Origin: a virus
Lineage: Duplodnaviria; Caudoviricetes
Length of the DNA stretch: 64,000 nucleotides
IMG/VR virus record: IMGVR_UViG_3300037722_000745
Span: 224,001-288,000 of that record
Strand: one strand, 5' to 3'
Shown piece by piece: positions 52,588-62,327 of this stretch. The translations under genes were made by a program, and so were the position numbers. How positions within the stretch are numbered: position 1 is the first letter of the stretch; each line of letters starts with the position of its first letter. A model generated the notes under the pieces. The model did not search any database. It was not told the DNA's origin and was given only the letters and a program-made list of their open reading frames with translations.

Positions 52588-53211
52588 ATGACAACCACCG
52601 AACGTGTCTACGTCCGATATCTGCTAGCGAAGACCGCTCGTCTCAACCCTGGTGACTCTGTAGAGAAGGGGTCCCTGCGCCTGCACCGCTTCATGGATTC
52701 ACTGGTTCTGTGGGATCTCACGAATGCTGGCAAACGAGGTAAGCGCGTCGAGAAGACCGTTGTCATCCCGAAGTACACGCTGGGAAGCGACATCGATCGT
52801 CGTGGGCTGCTTGATCGATTGGGACAGACGCTCGAACACTACAGCAGCTACGCTAGGGCCCGAGGTTACATTTCCGACTATCTCAAGGACTACCCAAACG
52901 ACCTCGAAATCCACGAGTACCAAGAGCGTGGGGTCGACGTAACACCCGCGGGCTTCAAGCCTCTCGTCATCAGAACCGACAAGATCCTCATAGAAGCGGA
53001 CTACGACGGCTTCCGGATCGTGAACCGCAGTGATCAGTACAACGAACCCACATGCATCCCGGCGGCCACGGGTGGCAAGAAGAGCATCCCGGTCTTCTAC
53101 CGCTGGGTGCAGGACAACGAATCACGGATCAAGCGCATGACCTTCTACGAGGTCCAAAACGAAATGCAGCGTCTCGGGATCAAGTACCACTACTACTGCG
53201 CCATAGACTAA
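52588..53211 (+). CDS. hypothetical (putative virion) protein
   Basis: Start MTTTERVYVRYLLAKTA. Confidence 0.7.
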   Translation: MTTTERVYVRYLLAKTARLNPGDSVEKGSLRLHRFMDSLVLWDLTNAGKRGKRVEKTVVIPKYTLGSDIDRRGLLDRLGQTLEHYSSYARARGYISDYLKDYPNDLEIHEYQERGVDVTPAGFKPLVIRTDKILIEADYDGFRIVNRSDQYNEPTCIPAATGGKKSIPVFYRWVQDNESRIKRMTFYEVQNEMQRLGIKYHYYCAID

Positions 53212-53248
53212 GGGAGACTGCGCCCTCTGATTCGGTGTATCCATCGAG

Positions 53249-53851
53249 GTGCACGACGGCATCCTCAGTAACCTAGCCATCCATCAGGCGGTTGAAGCGG
53301 GCGATATCCAGATCGATCCTTTCGACCCCGAACAGATCAACATCACCAGCTATGACTTAACGCTGGGGAGTGAAGTCCGCATCTATCGGGATCCTAGCTA
53401 CCCGATTCTCGACCCTGACATTTATCCTGACCTGGTCCCGCCTCGCGTCGAGCTAGATGCTCGCAAGGAGCCGACCTCGATGTCCTGGAAGTTCGACTCT
53501 GAAACCGGGGTGTTGCTACATCCAGGTGTCGGCTATCTGATGCATACAAGGGAACGGATCTGCACCACGAAGTACAACCCCATCCTCGACGGCAAGTCGA
53601 GTATTGGTCGCCTCTTCATTCAGGTCCACGCCACTGCAGGCTATGGTGATCCAGGCTTCGATGGGCAGTACACACTCGAAGTGATTGTCCAGTACCCCGT
53701 ACGGGTTTACGCCGGCATGCGCTTCTGCCAGATTCGGTTCCACACGATTGCCGGGGAGCTGTCGCGAACCTATGATCGCGTCGGACACTACACACAGGAA
53801 CAAGCCCAAGGGGCAGTTGCTTCACAAGCCTGGCGGCAGTTCAAGTCGTGA
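53249..53851 (+). CDS. dcd: dCTP deaminase
   Basis: SYDLTLG, GKSSIGRLFI.VH.TAG.GDPGF.G..TLEV, GMRFCQI. Confidence 0.92.
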   Translation: MHDGILSNLAIHQAVEAGDIQIDPFDPEQINITSYDLTLGSEVRIYRDPSYPILDPDIYPDLVPPRVELDARKEPTSMSWKFDSETGVLLHPGVGYLMHTRERICTTKYNPILDGKSSIGRLFIQVHATAGYGDPGFDGQYTLEVIVQYPVRVYAGMRFCQIRFHTIAGELSRTYDRVGHYTQEQAQGAVASQAWRQFKS

Positions 53852-54065
53852 CCTGTCACGGCGCTGACCGTCGTTGAGTATCCCCTGCCACAACGCCTCG
53901 TGGAGCGTCGCCTGACGTCGGGGACGACGACGCACCCAGATCCAGACAAGGATAACGCTTAACGCGATCGCGGTCTCAAACCACATGTTCCTCTAATACA
54001 CCACCAACCGGTGTATTATAAGGTGTTCCTAAGTACTCTGATCTCACGATGGTGTAGAAGCACCC

Positions 54066-54488
54066 ATGACCACACCTACTCCAGAGCAACTCACCCTTCT
54101 CAACGACCTTCGTGACGCTGTTGCTGACAACGTGAAGAATAGAGGCTTCCGGGCGCAGATGGTTGAGGGTTTGACCCCAGACCAATGGGAAGGGCCTGTA
54201 GGGGAACGCCTGAGGGCTGCGATCTTCACGGCTAACCAACACGGGGAAGCCTCCGAGTTCTGGGAAGCCTTCCGCAACGGGCTCCTACACGAGCCGTGCA
54301 ACAAGGCTGCAAAGATGGAGGCCCTGGGACTTCCCGGGCTCACTTACGCAGAAGAAGAGATCGCGGACGAGATCATCCGAGCCCTCGATAAGGCGGAAGC
54401 TTTCGGAGTGGATGTGGCCAAAGCCATAGCGGTCAAGATGGCTTACAACACTAGCCGACCTTTGCTGCACGGCGGTAAGAAAGCCTAA
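54066..54488 (+). CDS. MazG-like NTP pyrophosphohydrolase
   Basis: EASE..EA ... EEEIADEIIRALD ... KMAYN..RP..HGGK. Confidence 0.85.
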   Translation: MTTPTPEQLTLLNDLRDAVADNVKNRGFRAQMVEGLTPDQWEGPVGERLRAAIFTANQHGEASEFWEAFRNGLLHEPCNKAAKMEALGLPGLTYAEEEIADEIIRALDKAEAFGVDVAKAIAVKMAYNTSRPLLHGGKKA

Positions 54489-54679
54489 CGTTCCAACAAC
54501 TTGTAGTGGCGGGCAACATGTTGCCCGTGCTTCGTGAGGACCCAACGGCCTCGAAACTCTACAAGGTGGTAGCGCCGAAGTGGCCGCTGAAGCTCCGGAC
54601 GAAAGCCCTTCAGCACGAAGTCTTCGAGGGCTCGGAGCCCTTCCTCAGGAAGCAACTCCAGGCGTACAATCTCCACCAT
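54485..54679 (-). CDS. hypothetical protein
   Basis: Convergent small ORF. Confidence 0.45.
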   Translation of the reverse strand: MVEIVRLELLPEEGLRALEDFVLKGFRPELQRPLRRYHLVEFRGRWVLTKHGQHVARHYKLLER

Positions 54680-54756
54680 CAGAGCAGTAGAGCCAACTCG
54701 TGTTGAGAAGTCAAAAAGACTTTTAGATCTTCCCTGTGTGATGTGTAATACCTACT

Positions 54757-55134
54757 ATGGACGATCTATTCGAACTCGAGGTAGAGGCTCGTACCGCTGC
54801 TGACGCTAGCGTGACCCCCTCCCAAGAAGCCCTGAAACCCGGAGACTACTGTCTCCGGGAAGCCCACGGGTTGGCCATCTACAGTGAGATCCTGGACGCT
54901 GCCGAGGTTATCTTGGGGGGCCGGGATTTCAAGGACTTGGACCCCGAAGATCAAGAGGAAGTCACTGACACGCGAAAGTCCTACGCCCAACCCCACATGA
55001 GATACTACCGTTTCACACGGTCCTACAGCCGGGCTTGTCCAAACGGTGAATTGGGAGACATCCACGTCTCTACGGTAAAGAAAGTGCTCACAGCCGTTCA
55101 ATTCCAGGCCGCGCGTGAAGCGGGATGGCCCTAG
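54757..55134 (+). CDS. hypothetical protein
   Basis: ORF after a TGTAATAC promoter-like motif. Confidence 0.7.
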   Translation: MDDLFELEVEARTAADASVTPSQEALKPGDYCLREAHGLAIYSEILDAAEVILGGRDFKDLDPEDQEEVTDTRKSYAQPHMRYYRFTRSYSRACPNGELGDIHVSTVKKVLTAVQFQAAREAGWP

Positions 55135-55168
55135 TAACAACAAGGCGCACTTTTACACTCGCACAGTC

Positions 55169-55507
55169 ATGACACTCGCACTTTCAAGCTACCCGTCTAC
55201 CAAAAAGGGTGCTGAAGAAATTCTCGAGGTCGCACGAGACAGAATCGTTCGGTTGTGGAAGCGACGTCGAGTGACCAAAAGGACAGACGACCTGGTGGCA
55301 ATTATAGATGGGGTCAAAAACTGCGTCCATATGAAGACGCGGGTCTCGGCTTACAATCAGGTGGCATCCCAATCCGAGAAACATGACCTGTTGCCCCGGC
55401 TGAGGCAGCCAGCTCCAAGCCATCCAGGCGGGGTTGTAATCTGGGCTCTCATTGGGTTCGCCGACGGTCGGGTGTGTATCCTACCGTTTACGGTTGCGAG
55501 ATCATAA
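55169..55507 (+). CDS. hypothetical protein
   Basis: Start MTLALS. Confidence 0.55.
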   Translation: MTLALSSYPSTKKGAEEILEVARDRIVRLWKRRRVTKRTDDLVAIIDGVKNCVHMKTRVSAYNQVASQSEKHDLLPRLRQPAPSHPGGVVIWALIGFADGRVCILPFTVARS

Positions 55508-55548
55508 AAAACCTTTTAAGTTTTGCCTTTCTCCGGTGTAATAGAGAT

Positions 55549-56169
55549 ATGGCACGCAAAACAAAGAAGACTCCCAACGTTGACGTCAATTCCCTACTGA
55601 CATCCCTCGCGAAGCGAGACCCAAAAAAGGGCAAGAAGGGAAGTGTCCCCGAGCTGACAAGTGCGGCAGCTCTGGCGGACAAGGCATTTTCCGCCTACGT
55701 CGAGATGAAAGACGCTACCGCCGCTTTCAAGGCGGTTGAAGGTGACGTTCTCGCTCTCACCGATGCAGAGTACGAGAAACGGGCGAAGTCTGGCGATTTC
55801 ACCAAGAGTTTCAACCTGGTAGGTGAAGACACTGAAGGTGTTCAGGTCGTCTACTCTGATCGGTTCTCGGAACTCCCCATCGGGGCGGAAGAGGAACTTC
55901 GAGTGCACCTGGGAGACAACTTCAATCTCTACTTCGAGCAGAAGCGGGAGATCACTCTCAACAAGACCGATGACGCCACGGTCCGCCTGCTCATCAAGAA
56001 GCTCGGGGAGGACGTGGTCGCGGAGCTGTTCGACATCAAGCTCTCCATCGCTGCCAAAGAGGGCATGGATCGCAACCAGTTCGAGCTGCCCGAGGGTGTC
56101 GCCCTGCTGGCCGGTCTCAAGCAGAACAAGGCAGGCGTCCGGCCTATCAAGTCTGCCAAGAAGAAGTAA
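55549..56169 (+). CDS. hypothetical protein
   Basis: Start MARKTKK after GGTGTAAT; strong codon bias. Confidence 0.8.
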   Translation: MARKTKKTPNVDVNSLLTSLAKRDPKKGKKGSVPELTSAAALADKAFSAYVEMKDATAAFKAVEGDVLALTDAEYEKRAKSGDFTKSFNLVGEDTEGVQVVYSDRFSELPIGAEEELRVHLGDNFNLYFEQKREITLNKTDDATVRLLIKKLGEDVVAELFDIKLSIAAKEGMDRNQFELPEGVALLAGLKQNKAGVRPIKSAKKK

Positions 56170-56278
56170 CCCCTCCCCGCACTGTGTGCAGCGTACGGGA
56201 AGGGGGGACACGGGGCCTGCCGTTGGGCTCCGGCCACTGCACGGCGAACTAAAAACAGCGGCTCCAAGCGGATAGCGT

Positions 56279-56575
56279 ATGTCAGATTTACCACGCCAGT
56301 GTTACTGGATTCCCGTTGACAGTTTCGTGGAGGGGCAGGGCTTTAGAGCTTCGATTGTGATTGAAGGGGAACCTGGCCACTACCCCACCGGAGACTGGCC
56401 CTACGACGGTTCTCCTGGCCAGCGGCAACCCTACTTCTGGGGTCAGACCTACGACGAGGCCAAGACCATCGCGGACGAACAGAACGAGAAGCTGGGGATC
56501 TCGAAACGGGACGCCCTAGAGATCGTAGCCTCGACCATGGGGCTGGGGAAAAGGCGAGGGAGGCACCGCCAGTGA
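56279..56575 (+). CDS. hypothetical protein
   Basis: ORF in operon. Confidence 0.7.
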   Translation: MSDLPRQCYWIPVDSFVEGQGFRASIVIEGEPGHYPTGDWPYDGSPGQRQPYFWGQTYDEAKTIADEQNEKLGISKRDALEIVASTMGLGKRRGRHRQ

Positions 56576-56871
56576 GCCAAGTCAAATTCAAAACCCCGTT
56601 CATTGGGAAACGAATCGAGATCATGGCCGGCTGGGATCGGCCGCTCCAGCACTACTTCCTGACCATCTTCAACCTGGACGAAGACGAAGATGAAGTCTAC
56701 TGGAGTACCCTGGACTTCCCGTCCGACGAGGACAACCACGGGACCGAGCGGCTACGCCGCCAGCTCGACAGCATGGGCATCCCGGCCCCTGAGGGCTTCT
56801 GGGAGCGCGTCGAACGCCAGGAAGGCAACGTCAACCACGACTTCAAGGACGGCGCCTGGGAAAGCTACTGA
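56572..56871 (+). CDS. hypothetical protein
   Basis: 4-bp overlap. Confidence 0.7.
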   Translation: MSQVKFKTPFIGKRIEIMAGWDRPLQHYFLTIFNLDEDEDEVYWSTLDFPSDEDNHGTERLRRQLDSMGIPAPEGFWERVERQEGNVNHDFKDGAWESY

Positions 56872-56971
56872 TGGGTTGGGTTTCCAAAATGATGCCGCCG
56901 CAGGCACTGATCATCCGAACACACCGTCTGGAAGCGACGATTCGGAACCACGCTCATGGTCGGCTAGCATC

Positions 56972-57520
56972 GTGAGGTTCTTCTACCCCAACAAACCGAC
57001 CCGAGTCTACACGCCCGACCGAGTCATCCCGCGATTAACAAACCCCGCACAATGGGTTGTACAGCCCAAGTGGGACGGGAAGCGGGCCGAGATCTCGTGC
57101 GAGGCCGGGAAGGTCATGCTGCGCAGCCGGGAAGGCCGAGAGTGGCCGGACCAGCGTTGGGGCTGGCTTGCGAGGTTGCCGCTACCCCAACCGTGGTTTC
57201 TCGACGGCGAGCTGACCAGGGACAACTATCTCCATGTGTGGGATTACGCTGTCCTAGGGGGCGAGTTGAAGTTCCGGGAACCCTACCAAGACCGCCTTGA
57301 ACGGCTTCAAGAGCTTCTACCGAAGCTGCTGGTCCAGGAGAACCAGACCCTTGTGCCTATCGAGACGAGGCCGGCAACGGAGTACGAAGAGGTCCTAAAG
57401 CGGGAAGGCGATCCCCATCTCGAGGGCGTAGTTTGGAAGAATCTCCAAGGCACCGATTTTTGGGGCCCCTGGTCGACGAACACGATCTCGAGCCAGCTCA
57501 AATTCAGGTTCAACCCGTGA
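56972..57520 (+). CDS. ATP-dependent ligase adenylation domain (no OB-fold domain)
   Basis: QPKWDGKR, RSREG, FLDGEL, HVWDY, EGVVWK motifs; ends soon after motif IV. Confidence 0.8.
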   Translation: MRFFYPNKPTRVYTPDRVIPRLTNPAQWVVQPKWDGKRAEISCEAGKVMLRSREGREWPDQRWGWLARLPLPQPWFLDGELTRDNYLHVWDYAVLGGELKFREPYQDRLERLQELLPKLLVQENQTLVPIETRPATEYEEVLKREGDPHLEGVVWKNLQGTDFWGPWSTNTISSQLKFRFNP

Positions 57521-58044
57521 GGGTGGAAGTCGGCACACGGTTCCGAGCCCCCTACGAGGCTACCAAAGTCACCTGGGAGATCTACCGTAAGACGGCTGAC
57601 GGCCGCTGGCTCGCACGCATCGAGGATGATGAGATTGCGGGTGACATCGGAACCTTCACGACACGGCAGATCGAACAGCACTTGGGTTATGAGCAGGAGT
57701 TACGCCGAGCCCAGATCGATCATGAGAAGTTCTACCGCAGTCTGCCGATTGGGAAGATCGTCCACTACCACGACGGTCATAACCGATTCGTTCGTTGTGA
57801 GGTGACTTCCGATCGCAAACTCAAGGCCATCGCATTGGTCGGCAATTGGCGCCCTGACGAATTGCCTCACAATCGCACAGACGGATCTAGGATTGTACCC
57901 TTCCACTCCCAGAGGGTTCTCCGCGGAGACGTCTTTGAACCTAGAGCACACACCGTGTACGAAGCGCTCTACGAAGCATATGAACACGATGATCCAGCAC
58001 TCATGGACCCACGAGGGCTGCCAGATCTAAAACTCCAAATCTAA
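57517..58044 (+). CDS. hypothetical protein
   Basis: GTG start overlapping the ligase stop. Confidence 0.65.
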   Translation: MRVEVGTRFRAPYEATKVTWEIYRKTADGRWLARIEDDEIAGDIGTFTTRQIEQHLGYEQELRRAQIDHEKFYRSLPIGKIVHYHDGHNRFVRCEVTSDRKLKAIALVGNWRPDELPHNRTDGSRIVPFHSQRVLRGDVFEPRAHTVYEALYEAYEHDDPALMDPRGLPDLKLQI

Positions 58045-58083
58045 ATTTTTTAAGATCCCGTCGTGGTCAGTTGTATAAACAGT

Positions 58084-58989
58084 ATGACCACGAAAAACCC
58101 AAACAGTCGTCTTCGGACGGCTATCGCAGCCCCCCGAGGCAAATCCCTTTTCAACGTCGATCCCGCGTCTCTGCTGATCATCGGCTTCGACACGGTGCCA
58201 GGTATGGACCGGCCCCACAAGCGTGGCGAACACGTGCTGTGGCAGGCCCGTGCCCTGGAGCCGGTGGACCCCGACCTGGTCAACAGCATGATCGAGGACG
58301 GCTTCACGTCGGTCATCAACGTCCGCAAAGACGGGCCGAACCTCGAAGTCGTGGTCGGCCGGCGTCGAGTCAAGGCGGCTCGTCGTGCCAACGAGATCCT
58401 GGAAGAGCGTGGGCTCCCCCTGATCAAGGTCCAGTGCGAGGTTGTCAAGGGCAACGCCATCAGCCTATTCGGCCGCGTGATCTCGGAGAACGCCCTACGC
58501 AAGGACGTGCATCCGATCGACATGGCCGACGACCTTCAGCGGTTCCTCGACTTCGGAGCGACCGAAGAGGAGGCCGGTCGGCGTTGCGGCAAGACCATCC
58601 AGCAGTTGCGGATCACCCTCAAGCTGCTCGATCTCGATGAGGTCGTCCAGAAGGCCATTCGCGATGGCGTCTTGTCGGTCACGGCCGGCATCAAGCTGGC
58701 AGACCTGACTCGCGCCGATCAGAAGACCCAGCTCGCTAAGGTCATCACCGGCCAGGCAGGGCGGACGGTTGCCGCGGTGGCGTCGGTCGTCAAGGCCAAC
58801 CAGAACGGAGGGGATGCCGTCCAGGCTCCAGGGAAGCGTCTTCTGAAGAAGCTGCTGGCCTCCGACGAGGCTGTTACCGTCTTCGGTGAGGACGGCATCA
58901 AGGCCCTTCGGTTCGCCATGGGCGACTTGCCGGTCACGAGCTTCGCCGGCCTGACCGCACTGATCCGCGAGGTCAAGTCCGCGAAGTAG
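58084..58989 (+). CDS. ParB/Srx-family protein
   Basis: VVVGRRRVKAA box, ENALRKD, HTH region. Confidence 0.8.
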   Translation: MTTKNPNSRLRTAIAAPRGKSLFNVDPASLLIIGFDTVPGMDRPHKRGEHVLWQARALEPVDPDLVNSMIEDGFTSVINVRKDGPNLEVVVGRRRVKAARRANEILEERGLPLIKVQCEVVKGNAISLFGRVISENALRKDVHPIDMADDLQRFLDFGATEEEAGRRCGKTIQQLRITLKLLDLDEVVQKAIRDGVLSVTAGIKLADLTRADQKTQLAKVITGQAGRTVAAVASVVKANQNGGDAVQAPGKRLLKKLLASDEAVTVFGEDGIKALRFAMGDLPVTSFAGLTALIREVKSAK

Positions 58990-59102
58990 GGGTGGGGTCC
59001 TAGGGGCCACACCCACCCTACTCCCAAAATCCAACCTACTTATACTTTTACATGGAACTAGTCTGGCTTCCCGCGTAAAATATACCGAGCAGGCAACCCA
59101 AC

Positions 59103-59429
59103 ATGGCACACAACACCATACCACCTGAGTCTCCTCTTCATCCCAGGTTGAAGCTGAAATTGGTCCAAGCCCTGGACAACACTGAGTACATCTACGAAGT
59201 CGCCAAGCAACTCGTAGGTGCATTTCACGAGCTGGATCGGGGGACTGTCCAGCTGGTCGGACAAGAGGATCCAACCACTCTCAAAGCTGAGATCGACGCT
59301 AGCCTTCAGGCGGCCGAAGAGGCCCAGAACAACGTGAAGGCATTGTACGCGCTGCTGGAACTTCATAAGAGCATCCTGCTAGAGGCTAAAGAGCAGCCCG
59401 TTCTGAGACCCCAGGACCAGGTACACTAG
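59103..59429 (+). CDS. hypothetical protein
   Basis: 108-aa helical ORF. Confidence 0.6.
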   Translation: MAHNTIPPESPLHPRLKLKLVQALDNTEYIYEVAKQLVGAFHELDRGTVQLVGQEDPTTLKAEIDASLQAAEEAQNNVKALYALLELHKSILLEAKEQPVLRPQDQVH

Positions 59430-59598
59430 TGGCCCACACTCGAGACCTGAGAGAGTTGGATCGCTACTTGATCGAGATCCGCAAGGAGCGTCCCTTCCAA
59501 CTACCGGCCGGCATGATTCCTGCCCCCGCTCGTTTTGAGGAAGAGAATCCCCATCCTTTGGATCTAGCCACGGACCGGCCGACTGTACTTGAGATGGC

Positions 59599-60225
59599 TT
59601 AGCGAGGCTGCACGGGGGGTTCGACACCCCAACGGGAACTCGGGTCCAGCTGGATCAAGTCAAAGTAGTCTTGCCTCTCGCAGCACGGAATGATCCAGGG
59701 CGTCAGGTCAACCAGCAGGGCATGGTTGACCAATAGAACCCGACCAACTTGGCCGGTGCGCAACTCGTAGGGGTGGATGTTTTCGAACTCTGCGTGTAAA
59801 CGCCACACCTCGCTCACAATGTGATCCAGATCTACACTGTCACCGTCTAAACGCAGGCGATCAATCGTTTGATGCACTGAGCAGTTCCACAGCCAGAACA
59901 ACCGACGGATGTACTTTGGTTCGACCGCCGGGTTAGGGTTGCTTCCGACCTTGACGGAGTGCGTTCGTAGCTTCTTGACAAGGGGATGGTCTCGCAACAG
60001 TAACCGGTGGATGGCGTGAGGTAACGCATACCGGTCCTCTGCCGCCATCTGCAGGGCATAGAGAACCGCTTCGTAGTGCCCGTCATAGAGCACCCCACCT
60101 GGCTCTGAGCTACCCGGCTGGGGATCCATCTTGTTTGACTCCGTGACAAACTCGTGCGCCCAATCCGAAGGCACTCCCGCCTGACGAAACAACTCCTCGA
60201 TTGTATGCGCAGTGGCGATCTTCAT
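59599..60225 (-). CDS. Fic-domain protein with degenerate motif
   Basis: HAEFENIHPYELRTGQVGRVL versus canonical HPFxDGNGRxxR. Confidence 0.75.
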   Translation of the reverse strand: MKIATAHTIEELFRQAGVPSDWAHEFVTESNKMDPQPGSSEPGGVLYDGHYEAVLYALQMAAEDRYALPHAIHRLLLRDHPLVKKLRTHSVKVGSNPNPAVEPKYIRRLFWLWNCSVHQTIDRLRLDGDSVDLDHIVSEVWRLHAEFENIHPYELRTGQVGRVLLVNHALLVDLTPWIIPCCERQDYFDLIQLDPSSRWGVEPPVQPR

Positions 60226-60458
60226 GGTTTCTGCCTGAGCCGCCGACTGGCTGCTCGAAGAGGTGTGGCCGACCGTCGGGTCACTTCGACCGAAGTCCCC
60301 CTATCAATCCCCAATGCCTCACGTAACAGCGCCTTCAGCACCGTCTGCCATTTCCCCCTTCGGCTCAAGGCTTCTTCCCGGATGGCTAATTCTAGGTCAG
60401 CTGGGAGTCTAATCGACACCGGGCGGCTCACCTTGGCTGTGTTTTTACGTGGTGGCAC
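60222..60458 (-). CDS. RHH/BrnA-like antitoxin-type protein
   Basis: VSIRLPADL...WQTVLKALLREAL. Confidence 0.7.
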   Translation of the reverse strand: MPPRKNTAKVSRPVSIRLPADLELAIREEALSRRGKWQTVLKALLREALGIDRGTSVEVTRRSATPLRAASRRLRQKP

Positions 60459-60460
60459 CT

Positions 60461-60712
60461 CTAGTCCTTACGCTTCCGAGAAGCATTGCGAAGCAAACGT
60501 TTGATCGCGATCCGTTGAGCCTGTGTTGGGTTCCGGTGTATTGGACCCGGAGGCTTTCTCCAGCCGTAGTAGGTGGCTTCGTTCGTCAGACCCACTTCGA
60601 TCAACCACTGGAGGTACGTCTGATAGGGGATCTTATGATACGCAGCACCTTGCCTTGCCAACTCCAGCACGTCAGCTTTGATCTTCATTGTGATCGACTT
60701 CTTAGTCGCCAT
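60461..60712 (-). CDS. RHH/BrnA-like antitoxin-type protein
   Basis: ITMKIKADVLELARQGA...IPYQTYLQWLI. Confidence 0.7.
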   Translation of the reverse strand: MATKKSITMKIKADVLELARQGAAYHKIPYQTYLQWLIEVGLTNEATYYGWRKPPGPIHRNPTQAQRIAIKRLLRNASRKRKD

Positions 60713-61259
60713 GGATGACCCTACACCGGATATAGACACAGTGGCGCCTCTACTGGAGGCACTCACGAAACAACTCATCCAAAAGCTCTCGAAGATCTTC
60801 GAGGTAGAGACAATGCAGGATTTCCTATTTGGATCCACACGCCAAATAGAAGTTCCCGTTGCCCTCCAAGGGGTCCCTGTCGAGATCAAATTCGAGATTG
60901 GACCCCGAACCAAACTCTCAATCCGTATTGACTATGGTCGACCTCGCCGTTGGTTGTGTTCGGAGCGAATTCGCATGGCTCGGGTACTACGCCATATTGT
61001 ACAAGAGGTTCACCTAGCCCTCGAGAGGCACAAACAAGAGGCTGACCTTCGACGTAGAGCTGAACAGGCCCAAGAAGCCTTTGATCGTCTGACCACCGAA
61101 CTTGGGTTCACTTCTGATGGCGGTCAAGTGAAGAAAGGACGGCTCCTACTGGAGTGCCTTCCGAACACCCCTACACAAGTACGCTTGACAATTCTCCTAC
61201 CCCACACGCAAGCTTTGGAGGCGGTCCAGAAGTACTATAGAAAACACAAGGGGGATTGA
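60711..61259 (+). CDS. hypothetical protein
   Basis: Candidate ATG overlaps the divergent start within CCATGG. Confidence 0.55.
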   Translation: MDDPTPDIDTVAPLLEALTKQLIQKLSKIFEVETMQDFLFGSTRQIEVPVALQGVPVEIKFEIGPRTKLSIRIDYGRPRRWLCSERIRMARVLRHIVQEVHLALERHKQEADLRRRAEQAQEAFDRLTTELGFTSDGGQVKKGRLLLECLPNTPTQVRLTILLPHTQALEAVQKYYRKHKGD

Positions 61260-61269
61260 AAAGACGACC

Positions 61270-61968
61270 ATGCAAATACTGGTCATCGATGACGACACCA
61301 ACCCTAACTGCACTGAATGTGTGATGCCGAAACGTAAAGACGAGCAATGGTTTCTGTTCGATTTGGATAGCTCCCTTGCGGACTTCGAAACGGTGATGAT
61401 CGAGGAACTCGTTGCGATGCAGCAACCGGAGGAACCCCCACTTTCCACTGAGCATTGGTACCCAAACCGATTGCCAGATTGGCTTGTAGCCCGTAAGGAC
61501 GCAATCAAAAAGGCCCACGGCTTTTGGCTCGGCCTGCCCCCAATCAAATTCGGGATCGAACTCTACCACGCAGCCGGTCAGTGGGGCTACGAACGGATGA
61601 TCCTAACCAAAGGACCGAGACGGGTTGTGAACGCCTGGACTGAGAAGGTTCAGTGGTGTCAAAAGTATGTCCCCGAAGCAGGGATCACCATCACCCACGA
61701 CAAAGGTCTCGTCTATGGTAAGGTGCTTTACGACGACTTCCCGCCGTATATCCTTCGCTGGTTGGAGTGGAGGCCCCGCGGAAAGGTTCTCATGCTAGAC
61801 GCTCCGCACAATCAGGGCTTCAAACATCCCAATGTTCTGCGTTGTTTCCGAAGTCCTTTGGCAGAGCAGGCGGACGCGATCAGGGGCTTCTTAGGGATCA
61901 GCGACCCTCCAGAGAAGCACTCCACAGCCGCGCCGGTGACGCCGGCTGTGGAGGACCATGAACCATAA
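61270..61968 (+). CDS. HAD-family 5'(3')-deoxyribonucleotidase-like protein
   Basis: FDLDSSLADF, ILTKGP, EK..W, DK..V.G.VLYDD. Confidence 0.8.
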   Translation: MQILVIDDDTNPNCTECVMPKRKDEQWFLFDLDSSLADFETVMIEELVAMQQPEEPPLSTEHWYPNRLPDWLVARKDAIKKAHGFWLGLPPIKFGIELYHAAGQWGYERMILTKGPRRVVNAWTEKVQWCQKYVPEAGITITHDKGLVYGKVLYDDFPPYILRWLEWRPRGKVLMLDAPHNQGFKHPNVLRCFRSPLAEQADAIRGFLGISDPPEKHSTAAPVTPAVEDHEP

Positions 61969-61970
61969 AA

Positions 61971-62167
61971 TTTCAATTACGAGGGAGGCTTTCACCTCCC
62001 TCAGGCTCGATGAGCCTACGAGCTTTTCGAGAGCCTCAGTGGTGTGTTACCCTCGGGAGTCTCTCGCAACCCTGAGAGTTCCTTGAAAATTCAATAGGTT
62101 AGATGGATCCGGATCCCGCCGCTCTCGCAGCCTGAGGGAGGCTTTCACCTCCCTCGTAATTGAAAAC
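61971..62167. CRISPR. inverted pair of 36-nt CRISPR-like repeats flanking a leader-like segment (no spacer)
   Basis: GCCTGAGGGAGG(loop)CCTCCCTCGTAATTGAAA at 62130..62165 and inverted at 61971..62006; CTCTCGCA x2 around near-IHF ATTCAATAGGTTA. Confidence 0.55.
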
Positions 62168-62327
62168 CATTAGCGTCCCGGTGATCAACAGCCAACGTTG
62201 CCCCACATGAGCAGTTGCGAAGCTCGATCTGTCCGCCCAGACCATCGAGCTGAAAACCAATGAATTTCAGCTCTTCCTTGGTTTTGTAGGAAACCCCACA
62301 ACAGGTGCAAGTAACGATCGTTCGCAT
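62145..62327 (-). CDS. small Zn-binding hypothetical protein
   Basis: CTCC and CSC motifs; stop lies within the repeat. Confidence 0.55.
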   Translation of the reverse strand: MRTIVTCTCCGVSYKTKEELKFIGFQLDGLGGQIELRNCSCGATLAVDHRDANGFQLRGR

